From the NCBI GenBank assembly GCA_025839675.1, contig CP104013.1, forward strand, positions 1,890,001 to 1,922,000: a stretch of 32,000 bases of DNA. The letters are read 5' to 3'. Every line of letters begins with the position of its first letter. The first letter of the stretch is position 1. Below the pieces are notes generated by a model. That model worked only from the letters and a program-made list of their open reading frames with translations. It did not search any database and was not told where the DNA came from. Positions 9,452-18,021 of the stretch are shown piece by piece. Position numbers and translations under genes: made by a program. The DNA comes from Candidatus Lokiarchaeum ossiferum. Lineage in GTDB: Archaea; Asgardarchaeota; Lokiarchaeia; Sigyniarchaeales; Promethearchaeaceae.

Positions 9452-9675
9452 TTTTTATCAATCCATTCAACCCATTTTTGTAGTTTTAATTCAATACCTA
9501 TCTATTTATATAAATTTTAATTTGACTAATAATAAATCATGTTATTTCTACATAGTTTTGTGCAAATAAGTACAAAAAAGCTCAAATTATTAACTTATAA
9601 TAAACCATAATTGTGGCGAGAGTTATCATTATTCCCGAGACCAAATCTTAGCAAATTAAAAAAAAATGATTCACT

Positions 9676-11124
9676 CTAACTAGCAATTATTGGGGGATTT
9701 CGGAAGATTTTTTTCTCCGAACTCACCCTTTTTAACCATTTTAAGTAGGGACGTTCCCACACTAACCAGTTCCGATTTAATTTGTTGGCATATAACCCTA
9801 CTATAAGTCCTATCAAACTCCCCCTAAATAATCGCCGAAACACATGAGTTAATTTATAAAATTGGGCATGGGCAGAGATTTGGGCTTGTTGCAATTCCCA
9901 CATAGTGAAATGTTCAGGTTTAGGGGTGAATTTAACATGATGAGTATCAAATTCATCCCATTTTGTATCAATAAACCGATTTTCTTCAATAACTTCTTGA
10001 TAAAACACCGTTCCAGGAAGCGGAGTTAGAATTAGGAATTGAGCGGTTTCAATTTTGGATTTGATTGCAAAATCAACGGTTGCTTGAGTGGTTGCTTTTG
10101 TATCACTATCAAAACCAAACACAAACATTCCATGAATATGAATTTTACGTTTGCGAATTTCTTTGATCCCCCACCTTATATCCTCCACCGATTGGGCTTT
10201 CTTCATTTCTTTTAATGATTCCGGATTGATAGATTCTATACCAATATACACGGTTACACATCCTGCTTTCTTCATTAAATCTAAAAGTTCAGGATCCTTG
10301 GCAATATCGACTCGTACTTGGGTACTCCACCTGAAAGTTCCCCCAAATTCTTTTTTATGGGCAATCATCTCTCTTAGTAAATGCTTTGTGCGTTCTTTAT
10401 TTGCCGAAAAGTTGTCATCATAGAAAAATATCACATGTTTTTTTGGATGATACTGTTTCATTTCTTCAATGATACTTGCGACTGAACGAAAGCGGAATTT
10501 TTTCCCAAACATCGATGTAACGGAACAAAATTTACAATTAAAGGGACATCCTCTGCTTGCTTGCATTGGAATGGTAGGTTTCATTGTAATACCATTCATC
10601 TTTTTTCCACCGGTATCCATTAGAGAAAAATCAGGGAAAGGAAGACTATCTAAATCTTCTATGGGTCGACACAACTCGGTGTTTCGAATTTTACCATTTT
10701 CCATCCAAGTAAGGGAAGGAACGTTTTCAAGAGGGGTCCCATCATTTAAAGCAGCGACTAATTTTGGAAGGGGAATTTCACCTTCACCTCGTATACAATA
10801 ATCCGCATGACGCATCGCTTCTTCAGGAAGAGCTGTCACGTGTGGTCCTCCAATAACGACCGGGATACCTTGTTCCCGATAATAATCAGCGATTCGGAAA
10901 GCTGCAGGGGCAGTAGTTGATATAGTTGAAATTGCAACGAGATCCGCTTGGATCCGTTCTTCAATAATTTCATTAGTTTTTCGAAAGTAAACTCGTGTGT
11001 CATAACCAGCTTGTTTCATTATTGTGGCTAATAATACTGAACCCAAACGCGGTAATTCAAATTTGGAATATATATGGAGTTTTTCAGTTTTTGGTTCAAG
11101 GAAAATAATTTTTTGTATAGTCAT
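9676..11124 (-). CDS. B12-binding-domain radical SAM protein (class B rSAM)
   Basis: 482 aa. N-terminal Rossmann-like cobalamin-binding domain pattern (DLVAISTISTTAPAAFRIADYYREQGIPVVIGGPHVT). Radical SAM cluster motif ASRGCPFNCKFCS (CxxxCxxC). Hydrophobic or amphipathic C-terminal tail. Confidence 0.88.
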   Translation of the reverse strand: MTIQKIIFLEPKTEKLHIYSKFELPRLGSVLLATIMKQAGYDTRVYFRKTNEIIEERIQADLVAISTISTTAPAAFRIADYYREQGIPVVIGGPHVTALPEEAMRHADYCIRGEGEIPLPKLVAALNDGTPLENVPSLTWMENGKIRNTELCRPIEDLDSLPFPDFSLMDTGGKKMNGITMKPTIPMQASRGCPFNCKFCSVTSMFGKKFRFRSVASIIEEMKQYHPKKHVIFFYDDNFSANKERTKHLLREMIAHKKEFGGTFRWSTQVRVDIAKDPELLDLMKKAGCVTVYIGIESINPESLKEMKKAQSVEDIRWGIKEIRKRKIHIHGMFVFGFDSDTKATTQATVDFAIKSKIETAQFLILTPLPGTVFYQEVIEENRFIDTKWDEFDTHHVKFTPKPEHFTMWELQQAQISAHAQFYKLTHVFRRLFRGSLIGLIVGLYANKLNRNWLVWERPYLKWLKRVSSEKKIFRNPPIIAS

Positions 11125-11308
11125 AGGAAATCACTTAAATAACTATGTTGAATTAACAAGTTTAGTAAGTAGAAATAACAAACACAAATATTTAAAGTTG
11201 TTGGATCTACATAGTAAAGATCAATAATTCAATCCATCAGAATTCGGTTTCAAGTCTCCCTATATATGGATAAATTGGAAAAAAACGCCATATCTCTTAA
11301 AATTGATT

Positions 11309-11863
11309 TTATTTTTGATTTTTCAAATCCCAATCTTTTCGGTAATAGGAGTAATATAAATCGGCAAAGTAAACGCCTCCAGAATAGCCGGCATCCCCAA
11401 TTGTAGCTTCCAAAGTAAATCCAACACGTTCAACACACTTCTGAGATGCTTTGTTGGGTTCATAAATGAGGGAGGCAATTTTATTCAAATTCAATTCCCC
11501 AAAACAATAATCCACAATTAATTTGGTGACTTCTGTTGCCAAACCTTTCCCCCAATATTCAACTTCACCAATTAATGCTCCAATTGAGGCTTTACGACGC
11601 ATCCAATTTATGCCATCGACATGAACATACCCAATTGGTTTTTTATCAGCTTTATGCCACACTTCAAAACCAACATAATTTGTTTTGGGATTCCCAATGG
11701 ATTTTTTTATCTCTTCCAAGGGAATTGGAATCACATTCCCTAAATATTTGCGTACCCGTGAATCATTATTCCATTTGAAATAGAGATCTACATGATTTGA
11801 ATTCAATGGAACCAAATTTACCTTTTGGCCAGTTATAAACCCAAAATCTTCTGCATTGTCCAT
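11309..11863 (-). CDS. GNAT-family N-acetyltransferase (RimJ/RimL-like)
   Basis: 184 aa. Acetyl-CoA-binding motif region IGEVEYWGKGLATEV. Overall length and pattern match the RimJ/RimL-type GNAT fold. Confidence 0.8.
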   Translation of the reverse strand: MDNAEDFGFITGQKVNLVPLNSNHVDLYFKWNNDSRVRKYLGNVIPIPLEEIKKSIGNPKTNYVGFEVWHKADKKPIGYVHVDGINWMRRKASIGALIGEVEYWGKGLATEVTKLIVDYCFGELNLNKIASLIYEPNKASQKCVERVGFTLEATIGDAGYSGGVYFADLYYSYYRKDWDLKNQK

Positions 11864-11923
11864 AATTAGAAATAGAAAAAATAGCGTAAAAAAGTTTGGA
11901 TACTTTCAGAGAAAAAGGAACAT

Positions 11924-12379
11924 TTATTTACCATTCATCGATTTCGCAATCGCTTTTTCTTCCTGCTGGATCATTTTCTGCAAATTTTTAATTTCCTTCA
12001 TCTGAAGTTTTGTTTCCCGGTTCAATTCGGAGTCGATGTTCTTAAGCAAATTTTGAGCATTTTTTTCTTGCGTCGTTAACGCTTTTATATAATTATTTTT
12101 GACTTCCTTATGGACTTGCTTCTTTTCCTTGAATGCTTCCTTTGCCGCAATATACGTCTCTTCAGCAGTAAGAAGATGGGTTTTTTTTGCATTTAGATCA
12201 TTTTCAATGTTTTCAACTTCTACCCCTTTGGTAGTTTTGATCTCATTGATTTTTGCTTCTTTATCCTTAATAGCAAGGTCATGTTTTTGGGAATATTGCA
12301 CCTTTAAGGATTCAATTTGTTGCTGAATTTTGGCGATATCAGCTTTATACCGATTGATGTTATCTTCACTCATAAGCAT
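11924..12379 (-). CDS. hypothetical coiled-coil protein
   Basis: 151-aa K/E/Q/N-rich ORF with heptad-like periodicity throughout. I recognise no family. Confidence 0.5.
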   Translation of the reverse strand: MLMSEDNINRYKADIAKIQQQIESLKVQYSQKHDLAIKDKEAKINEIKTTKGVEVENIENDLNAKKTHLLTAEETYIAAKEAFKEKKQVHKEVKNNYIKALTTQEKNAQNLLKNIDSELNRETKLQMKEIKNLQKMIQQEEKAIAKSMNGK

Positions 12380-12458
12380 CTACACTTTTATAGATCGTAA
12401 GACATTTATAAATGTTCTCTTCGCAAAACGTTGGAATAAAGACGTCTTTTTCCCATCT

Positions 12459-13052
12459 TTATTCATTAATTTTTTGTTTTGAATTGAGATAAGCAAGAAT
12501 AATCGTTTCAAACTCATCTATCCACTGATTTCGAGCAATTAAAAGGGATTTTAATTCTGTCAAACTGCGAAATTCCACTTGACCTGCCATAAAATCCTCC
12601 AAGGTGTCATAAAACCATAAAAAACCATCGCTAACTTCTTCGACCATCATCTTTACACCAAATAGATTTGATACTTTTGATCCAAATTCATAATATTTGC
12701 GTAAGGGTTGTTTATAATTTGTAGAATATTTCAATATTAGATAAAGCTCCGTCTTAGATTTATTTTCTTGGACTTTTTCTTTTATTGGGATGGTTATTTC
12801 TCCCGTAGATATTTTTTCTAAAAGGGGATCAAATAAATCATAGCCTCGAGAATATTCTGTGATCAAAGAATCCATAGAATCGAAATCAATTCGAATATAG
12901 GGAGTTTCAGAATGGTTGATAATTTGACTATGGGCGCCAGGATTTTTTTGGAAGCGATTAATGATATTTTGGAGCAAAGTAAGTATAGGCTCTTGAGCGA
13001 ATGCAGAATAATGTTGTATTGAAATCTCAAGAAAAGGGTTTTCCTTTTGCAT
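12459..13052 (-). CDS. hypothetical protein
   Basis: 197-aa ORF with non-repetitive mixed alpha/beta-like composition. A TATA-like TTTTAAATA lies about 30 nt upstream of the ATG. I recognise no family. Confidence 0.5.
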   Translation of the reverse strand: MQKENPFLEISIQHYSAFAQEPILTLLQNIINRFQKNPGAHSQIINHSETPYIRIDFDSMDSLITEYSRGYDLFDPLLEKISTGEITIPIKEKVQENKSKTELYLILKYSTNYKQPLRKYYEFGSKVSNLFGVKMMVEEVSDGFLWFYDTLEDFMAGQVEFRSLTELKSLLIARNQWIDEFETIILAYLNSKQKINE

Positions 13053-13476
13053 ATATATTAGATATTTCTTGATTTTCTATTTAAAACTTGCCTATTGAAT
13101 GAGGATATATTCTTTTTATTGAAAACACATAAATGTATTGAATAATTTGTTAATAATCTCATTTTCAAATAGGATCTTTCTAATAATGACCCATAAACGA
13201 GTATAAAAAATCATTTACTCATGCCTTTATCAGAAAAATGGCACCTCATTCTATTCACCTTATTTTTTCTTAAGAATTTAACTTTATTTTCAAAGATCGC
13301 CAGAAATTGCAAAATTATTCCAACAGAAAGTCAAATCTTTGGAAGAAGTGAGGGAAAAATTTCAAAACAAAATGAGAACAATGCGAATGCAAGTCATACG
13401 AAAAAAAATGGACTATTTATTTAAAACGGAAATGCTGACACCATTTTTTGCAGGTATAAAGATAAATGGAAAAAAA

Positions 13477-13821
13477 TTAATACTCGCGCCATCGATGTTT
13501 ACATTTTGTACAGGAATAAAATGTTGTTGCTGGTTCATCTGCAGATCTAGTTTGAAATTGTTCGTAAAACGCCTCATCATGACCGCATTCGGGACATTCC
13601 ACTTCCGTTCGAGGTTTTAAATCTAAATCAGGCTCTTCTCCAACGACCCGTGTTTTATTGTCCAATATTTTTTTTTCTAAGACTTTACTAACTGCTTTTT
13701 TTTTCCCCGCCCGAATATAGGGTTCTTCATGCCCGCATCCAATGCATTTTAGAATAAAGGATCCATCAGCTGCTTTCTTTTTACGGAGAATTTTTTCACA
13801 TGTAGGACAAAAGTTTACCAT
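13477..13821 (-). CDS. tfs: transcription factor S (TFS) / RNAP subunit M-type Zn-ribbon protein
   Basis: N-terminal Zn ribbon (CPTC...CIGCGH). C-terminal TFIIS-type ribbon with the acidic loop: CPECGHDEAFYEQFQTRSADEPATTFYSCTKCKHRW. Confidence 0.92.
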   Translation of the reverse strand: MVNFCPTCEKILRKKKAADGSFILKCIGCGHEEPYIRAGKKKAVSKVLEKKILDNKTRVVGEEPDLDLKPRTEVECPECGHDEAFYEQFQTRSADEPATTFYSCTKCKHRWREY

Positions 13822-13968
13822 AGGTTAAACAGCCAAGGAAAATAAAAAAATCTTTGGAAATCGAGATTATTAATACTCTAAAAATGATTTTTAATCAAGA
13901 TTTAATATCAAACAATGAGAGAATTTCAAAAAACAAATAAATATCGAAAAGATAGAAAAAAAATTTTC

Positions 13969-14172
13969 TTAAGAGAGAACTTCGCTGATTTTAGTTAAAA
14001 TTCGGGCTTTCCCACCAGTTGATTGGACCAATTGCTTTTCACAAACGAAGCATTTGACTTCAATCGTTGCGCAACCGAACACAATTTGCTCGGCTCCGCA
14101 ATTCAAACATTTTATGCGGAGAAATCGGCTTTTTGGTTTAGGAACTAATTCTTTTTGAGTTTTGTTTGCCAT
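13969..14172 (-). CDS. rps27e: ribosomal protein eS27 (S27e)
   Basis: 67 aa. C4 zinc ribbon FLRIKCLNCGAEQIVFGCATIEVKCFVCEKQL. Downstream of L44e, as in the conserved archaeal pair. Confidence 0.92.
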   Translation of the reverse strand: MANKTQKELVPKPKSRFLRIKCLNCGAEQIVFGCATIEVKCFVCEKQLVQSTGGKARILTKISEVLS

Positions 14173-14193
14173 ATAATTACACCTTTAATTTGA

Positions 14194-14475
14194 TTACTGA
14201 TTGACTAACTCGAACTTCTTCAAGCGGAGTCCGGCCCCATAGGTCCCATGTCCACATTCTTTACATTTGAAGAGAGGAGTAGTCTTCTTGTTAACTTTAC
14301 ATTGGTTATGTTGAATAGGCTTTGGCTGTGAACCATAACCTGCTTTCTTGCGATCATATCGGCGTTTGCTTACAGCCATTTTTCGGTCTTTACCCTTTTT
14401 GTAAATGGAGACTTTATGATCCGTATGTTTTTTGCATCGGGCACAATATTTTTTTGCTGCTTTAGGCATTTTCAT
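14194..14475 (-). CDS. rpl44e: ribosomal protein eL42 (L44e)
   Basis: 93 aa. MPKAAKKYCARCKKHTDHKV...RRYDRKKAGYGSQPKP...CKECGH is the typical L44e zinc-ribbon protein. Confidence 0.92.
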   Translation of the reverse strand: MKMPKAAKKYCARCKKHTDHKVSIYKKGKDRKMAVSKRRYDRKKAGYGSQPKPIQHNQCKVNKKTTPLFKCKECGHGTYGAGLRLKKFELVNQ

Positions 14476-14836
14476 TAATGTTCAACTCACGCATGACACA
14501 AGATGCAATTTCTTCAACTCCATGAAAAACCTTTTTTTCCGAAGTTTTCGAGTGGATTACATTCCCATGACACTAATTGAATTCTAATGTTTTGTAAAAT
14601 ATTTCATGTATTTTTAATTTTTTGATCTTGGGAAGTAAAAGTCTCCCCCTATTGACATAAATTAAAAAAAGCATTAAATTTTGCGAATATCGAAGTAAAA
14701 CAACAAAGTTTAATTAGATTCCTTGCTCGATGGAGAATTGATTACCGCAACAAATAAATATTTCGAGTAATGTCGGTATATTAGTGCTGTAATCAAAATG
14801 GTTAAAAAAAAATGTAACCTATATACTTTGGTTCAC

Positions 14837-15763
14837 ATGGAATTTTATAATCAAGATATAATTTCTGCAAAGCAATTTGATCGGGAAAAGGTCGAGAAAT
14901 TTATCAAATTGGCTAAGAAAATTGAAGCAAACAAGGAAAAATATTCCACACTTCTTAAAGGAAAAGTGATGGCAGCATTATTCTTTGAACCGAGCACCCG
15001 GACACGATTGTCCTTTGAAAGTGCATTTTCATATTTAGGTGGAAAAGTGATCGGATTTTCATCAGCAGGATCCTCTTCGGTGAAAAAAGGAGAAACTTTA
15101 GCCGATACAATCAGAACAGTGGCTAATTATGCAGATATTATTGTTATTCGACATTCGAAAGAAGGAGCTGCCAAATTAGCTCAACAATTTTCTGATGTTC
15201 CAATTATCAATGCAGGAAATGGGTCACAGGAACATCCAACCCAAGGATTACTCGATTGTTTGGCCATTCATGATTTAAAGGGCACTTTGGATGGATTAAA
15301 TGTAGGATTAATTGGTGATTTGAAATATGGTCGAACCGTGCATTCATTAGCTCACTTACTTTCTAATTTCAATAGTAACCTTTATTTCATCAGCCCTGAT
15401 CTTTTACAAATGCAATATCGAGTAAAAGATTCATTGCGATTGAAGAATAACAATTTTAAAGAAACAACTCAGTTTAAAGAAACACTTCCATTATTAGATG
15501 TCATATATATGACTCGGATTCAAAAAGAACGCTTTGGAGATTTGGAAGAATATGATAAAGTGAAAAATGCCTTCATTTTAACACCAAAAGAAATGAAATT
15601 AGTAAAAGATGATGCCATTATTTTACACCCACTCCCCCGAGTAAATGAAATTTCCCCCGAAATTGATAGCGATCCTCGAGCGAAGTATTTTGAACAAACT
15701 TACCATGGATTAATGATGCGAAAAGCTCTCTTGGCTTCAATTTTACTAAAAGAAATTGAATAA
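14837..15763 (+). CDS. pyrB: aspartate carbamoyltransferase catalytic subunit
   Basis: Carbamoyl-phosphate motif FFEPSTRTRLSFE, plus HPTQ and HPLPR motifs. The ORF track starts at 14798. The Met at 14837 (MEFYNQDIISAKQF) fits the family N-terminus better. Confidence 0.93.
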   Translation: MEFYNQDIISAKQFDREKVEKFIKLAKKIEANKEKYSTLLKGKVMAALFFEPSTRTRLSFESAFSYLGGKVIGFSSAGSSSVKKGETLADTIRTVANYADIIVIRHSKEGAAKLAQQFSDVPIINAGNGSQEHPTQGLLDCLAIHDLKGTLDGLNVGLIGDLKYGRTVHSLAHLLSNFNSNLYFISPDLLQMQYRVKDSLRLKNNNFKETTQFKETLPLLDVIYMTRIQKERFGDLEEYDKVKNAFILTPKEMKLVKDDAIILHPLPRVNEISPEIDSDPRAKYFEQTYHGLMMRKALLASILLKEIE

Positions 15764-15805
15764 CCTTTTTTTCTTTACGGATAAATAACACATAGGTTAT
15801 TCCCA

Positions 15806-17917
15806 ATGGTAAAGGAAAATGAATCTCCTACAAGCGCACTTGGAAAACACTTGGCCGTATTAAGCTCAGATATCCGATTGCAAATATTGCGAATTCTCTA
15901 TGAAACCCAATATCCTGTGGAATTTAATGAGATTCATAAAACCCTCCAATCCCATTTTTCAGAATTTGTTAATACATCCTATCATCTTAAGCGTTTAAAA
16001 AATATGGATCTAATTATCGGAGATGACAGAGGTTATCAATTAACAGATATCGGCTCACGTGCTTTCAGAAAGTTAGTAGATCTAGAAGACATCATATCAA
16101 CTGATCGAGTCATATATGTCCGTACTTCAAAATATTCTTTGGAACCTTTTGATGAGTCCATTATTGAATCAAACTTACAATTAGAAGCAAATATGACGGC
16201 AAAACAAGCTCAAACTATTGCCCAAGAAGCCCGAAAAAGATTGAAGAAAGCGAACATCACATATTTGACCACCCCTCTTATTCGGGAATATATTAATGCA
16301 ATCTTAATTGAAAACCAATATGAAGACTATCGTCACAAACTAACCCGTTTAGGATTGCCTCCTTATGATATTAATCAAATAATCTTCTCAGAACAAAAAA
16401 TGGATCCTGAAATATTGCGTTTGGATTTTGGCACGACAATTTTAGAGCAATATGTACTCTTAAACCAAATGCGACAGAAATTTGCAGATGATTTACTATC
16501 TGGACGATTTGTTCTCACAGATTTAGAACACTATGGGATATCACCACTAGAACTATTACTCCCGGGAACTCAGTTCACACATATTTTATATGCTTATTAT
16601 CTAACTACATTCACAGAAAATGAAATACAATCCATCTTCGATCTCCCTTTTCAAGATTTTTTATTTAACCTTACACGGTTTTTAGAGCAAATTTCACCCT
16701 TTTTTCCAAAAGGACTGACAATAATCCGATTTGATGAATTTGTATCACAATTTTTGAATTATTACACTCCGCAAGAATTGACCTATCTTATTAAATTTGG
16801 ATTTTTCGTTAAACAAAATATCTCTAAGTGGCCAATAATGTTAGGTATATCCTTAAAAGCCAATTTGATAGAAGTGGAAGCATTATTGCAAGCATATAGC
16901 GAAATTTCAAAGATACAGCAGAATAATCCTTTCCCTAAAATCCAAATTCATCACGGACATACGAAGTTTAAAGCCTTAACAAACACTTCTGATTTTACAG
17001 ATCTTAAACCCGTTTATCAACAAATAATTCAGCTCATGCAAAAACAGTCTTTAATCTTAAATCAATTTTCGCAATGGGGAAAACCGAATACAGAACATAT
17101 TTTTACGAATTTAAAAATTCCAATCAGCTTTGAATCGATGGAGGGGTTAAAACCTTCAATTGTTTTGGAAAAAATATCCATTAATGTCCTTAAAATCTAT
17201 TTAGAACATGGTACCGATGAAAAACAGTTCTTTTCAGAATTAGAAAAATCCGTCTTTCATATTTTTGATTACTTTGAACTTAAATCCAAAATATTAAAAA
17301 AAAACTTAGTTCACTTTCCAGGATGGCAAAGTATCAATACTTGGATATTCAACCAAAAAGATCCCTTTGTGGGATGGAAGGATCATCAAAAATATGCAAG
17401 CCACACCCCTTTAATATGTGGAGTATCATGTCATGGGTTAGACGAGTTAATATATCTGAAAACGGGATTATTTATCCGAGAACAGAGTCAAAATCGAAAA
17501 ATTGCATCGGATATTATTCAATTTATAAATTCTCTCCTCGAAAAACAAAATGACCACCTAAATTGCGAGATAAGATATGTTTTTAGTCAACTCCATTGTC
17601 AAAAGGAACTAGAACGTCCAACCAATCATATCTTAGATCAATATAAAGAAAAATTATCGGACCAACCTGAAGAAATCAAAGATGGATATCGCTATGGGTA
17701 CTGTGATACTCAAAAAATAATCTCCAATGATAATTTTAATCAAATTTATGCTGATTTGGTTGAATTAAAGAATCAGTTCATTTTAATCCAGAAATCTAAT
17801 CAATTTTTATCAAAAGAACAAACTGATAAAGAATTTTATTTAACCCTTAAAAATATACTTTCAACTGGAATATGTGGAATAGATGGCTCAGATATTCAAA
17901 AAATGGGATTACAATGA
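15806..17917 (+). CDS. winged-HTH / ATP-cone / class III ribonucleotide reductase (NrdD)-like protein, probably non-catalytic
   Basis: 703 aa. Residues ~14-95 look like an ArsR-type wHTH (IRLQILRILYETQYPVEFNEIHKTL...TSYHLKRLKNMDLI). Residues ~102-183 fit the ATP-cone pattern (VIYVRTSKYSLEPFDESIIESNL...AQTIAQEARKRL...LTTPLIREYINAILIE). The remainder shows NrdD-like blocks (LLSGRFVLTDLEHY vs G-x-IHIHDL; LEKISINVLKIYLE vs the NLPR block). I see no glycyl-radical motif and no C-terminal Zn ribbon. The CDS itself is secure. The function is inferred. Confidence 0.6.
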   Translation: MVKENESPTSALGKHLAVLSSDIRLQILRILYETQYPVEFNEIHKTLQSHFSEFVNTSYHLKRLKNMDLIIGDDRGYQLTDIGSRAFRKLVDLEDIISTDRVIYVRTSKYSLEPFDESIIESNLQLEANMTAKQAQTIAQEARKRLKKANITYLTTPLIREYINAILIENQYEDYRHKLTRLGLPPYDINQIIFSEQKMDPEILRLDFGTTILEQYVLLNQMRQKFADDLLSGRFVLTDLEHYGISPLELLLPGTQFTHILYAYYLTTFTENEIQSIFDLPFQDFLFNLTRFLEQISPFFPKGLTIIRFDEFVSQFLNYYTPQELTYLIKFGFFVKQNISKWPIMLGISLKANLIEVEALLQAYSEISKIQQNNPFPKIQIHHGHTKFKALTNTSDFTDLKPVYQQIIQLMQKQSLILNQFSQWGKPNTEHIFTNLKIPISFESMEGLKPSIVLEKISINVLKIYLEHGTDEKQFFSELEKSVFHIFDYFELKSKILKKNLVHFPGWQSINTWIFNQKDPFVGWKDHQKYASHTPLICGVSCHGLDELIYLKTGLFIREQSQNRKIASDIIQFINSLLEKQNDHLNCEIRYVFSQLHCQKELERPTNHILDQYKEKLSDQPEEIKDGYRYGYCDTQKIISNDNFNQIYADLVELKNQFILIQKSNQFLSKEQTDKEFYLTLKNILSTGICGIDGSDIQKMGLQ

Positions 17918-18021
17918 ATTTCATGTGAATTTCGTTACAAATATGTTTTCTTCTAATCTTAAAATTGCTTAAAATGAAAAGTATAAGTGAAGAATGAAAG
18001 AAAAAAAGTAATGAAATTAAT

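Noticed and set aside
10151-10801. Two + strand ORFs (90 and 110 aa)
   Set aside because: Both lie entirely inside and antisense to the well-supported radical SAM gene. No motifs.
13221-13620. + strand ORFs 13221-13424 and 13339-13620
   Set aside because: The second runs antisense into TFS. The first lies in AT-rich spacer with unconvincing composition and no SD or TATA context that I could identify. Kept only as a remark in the spacer finding.
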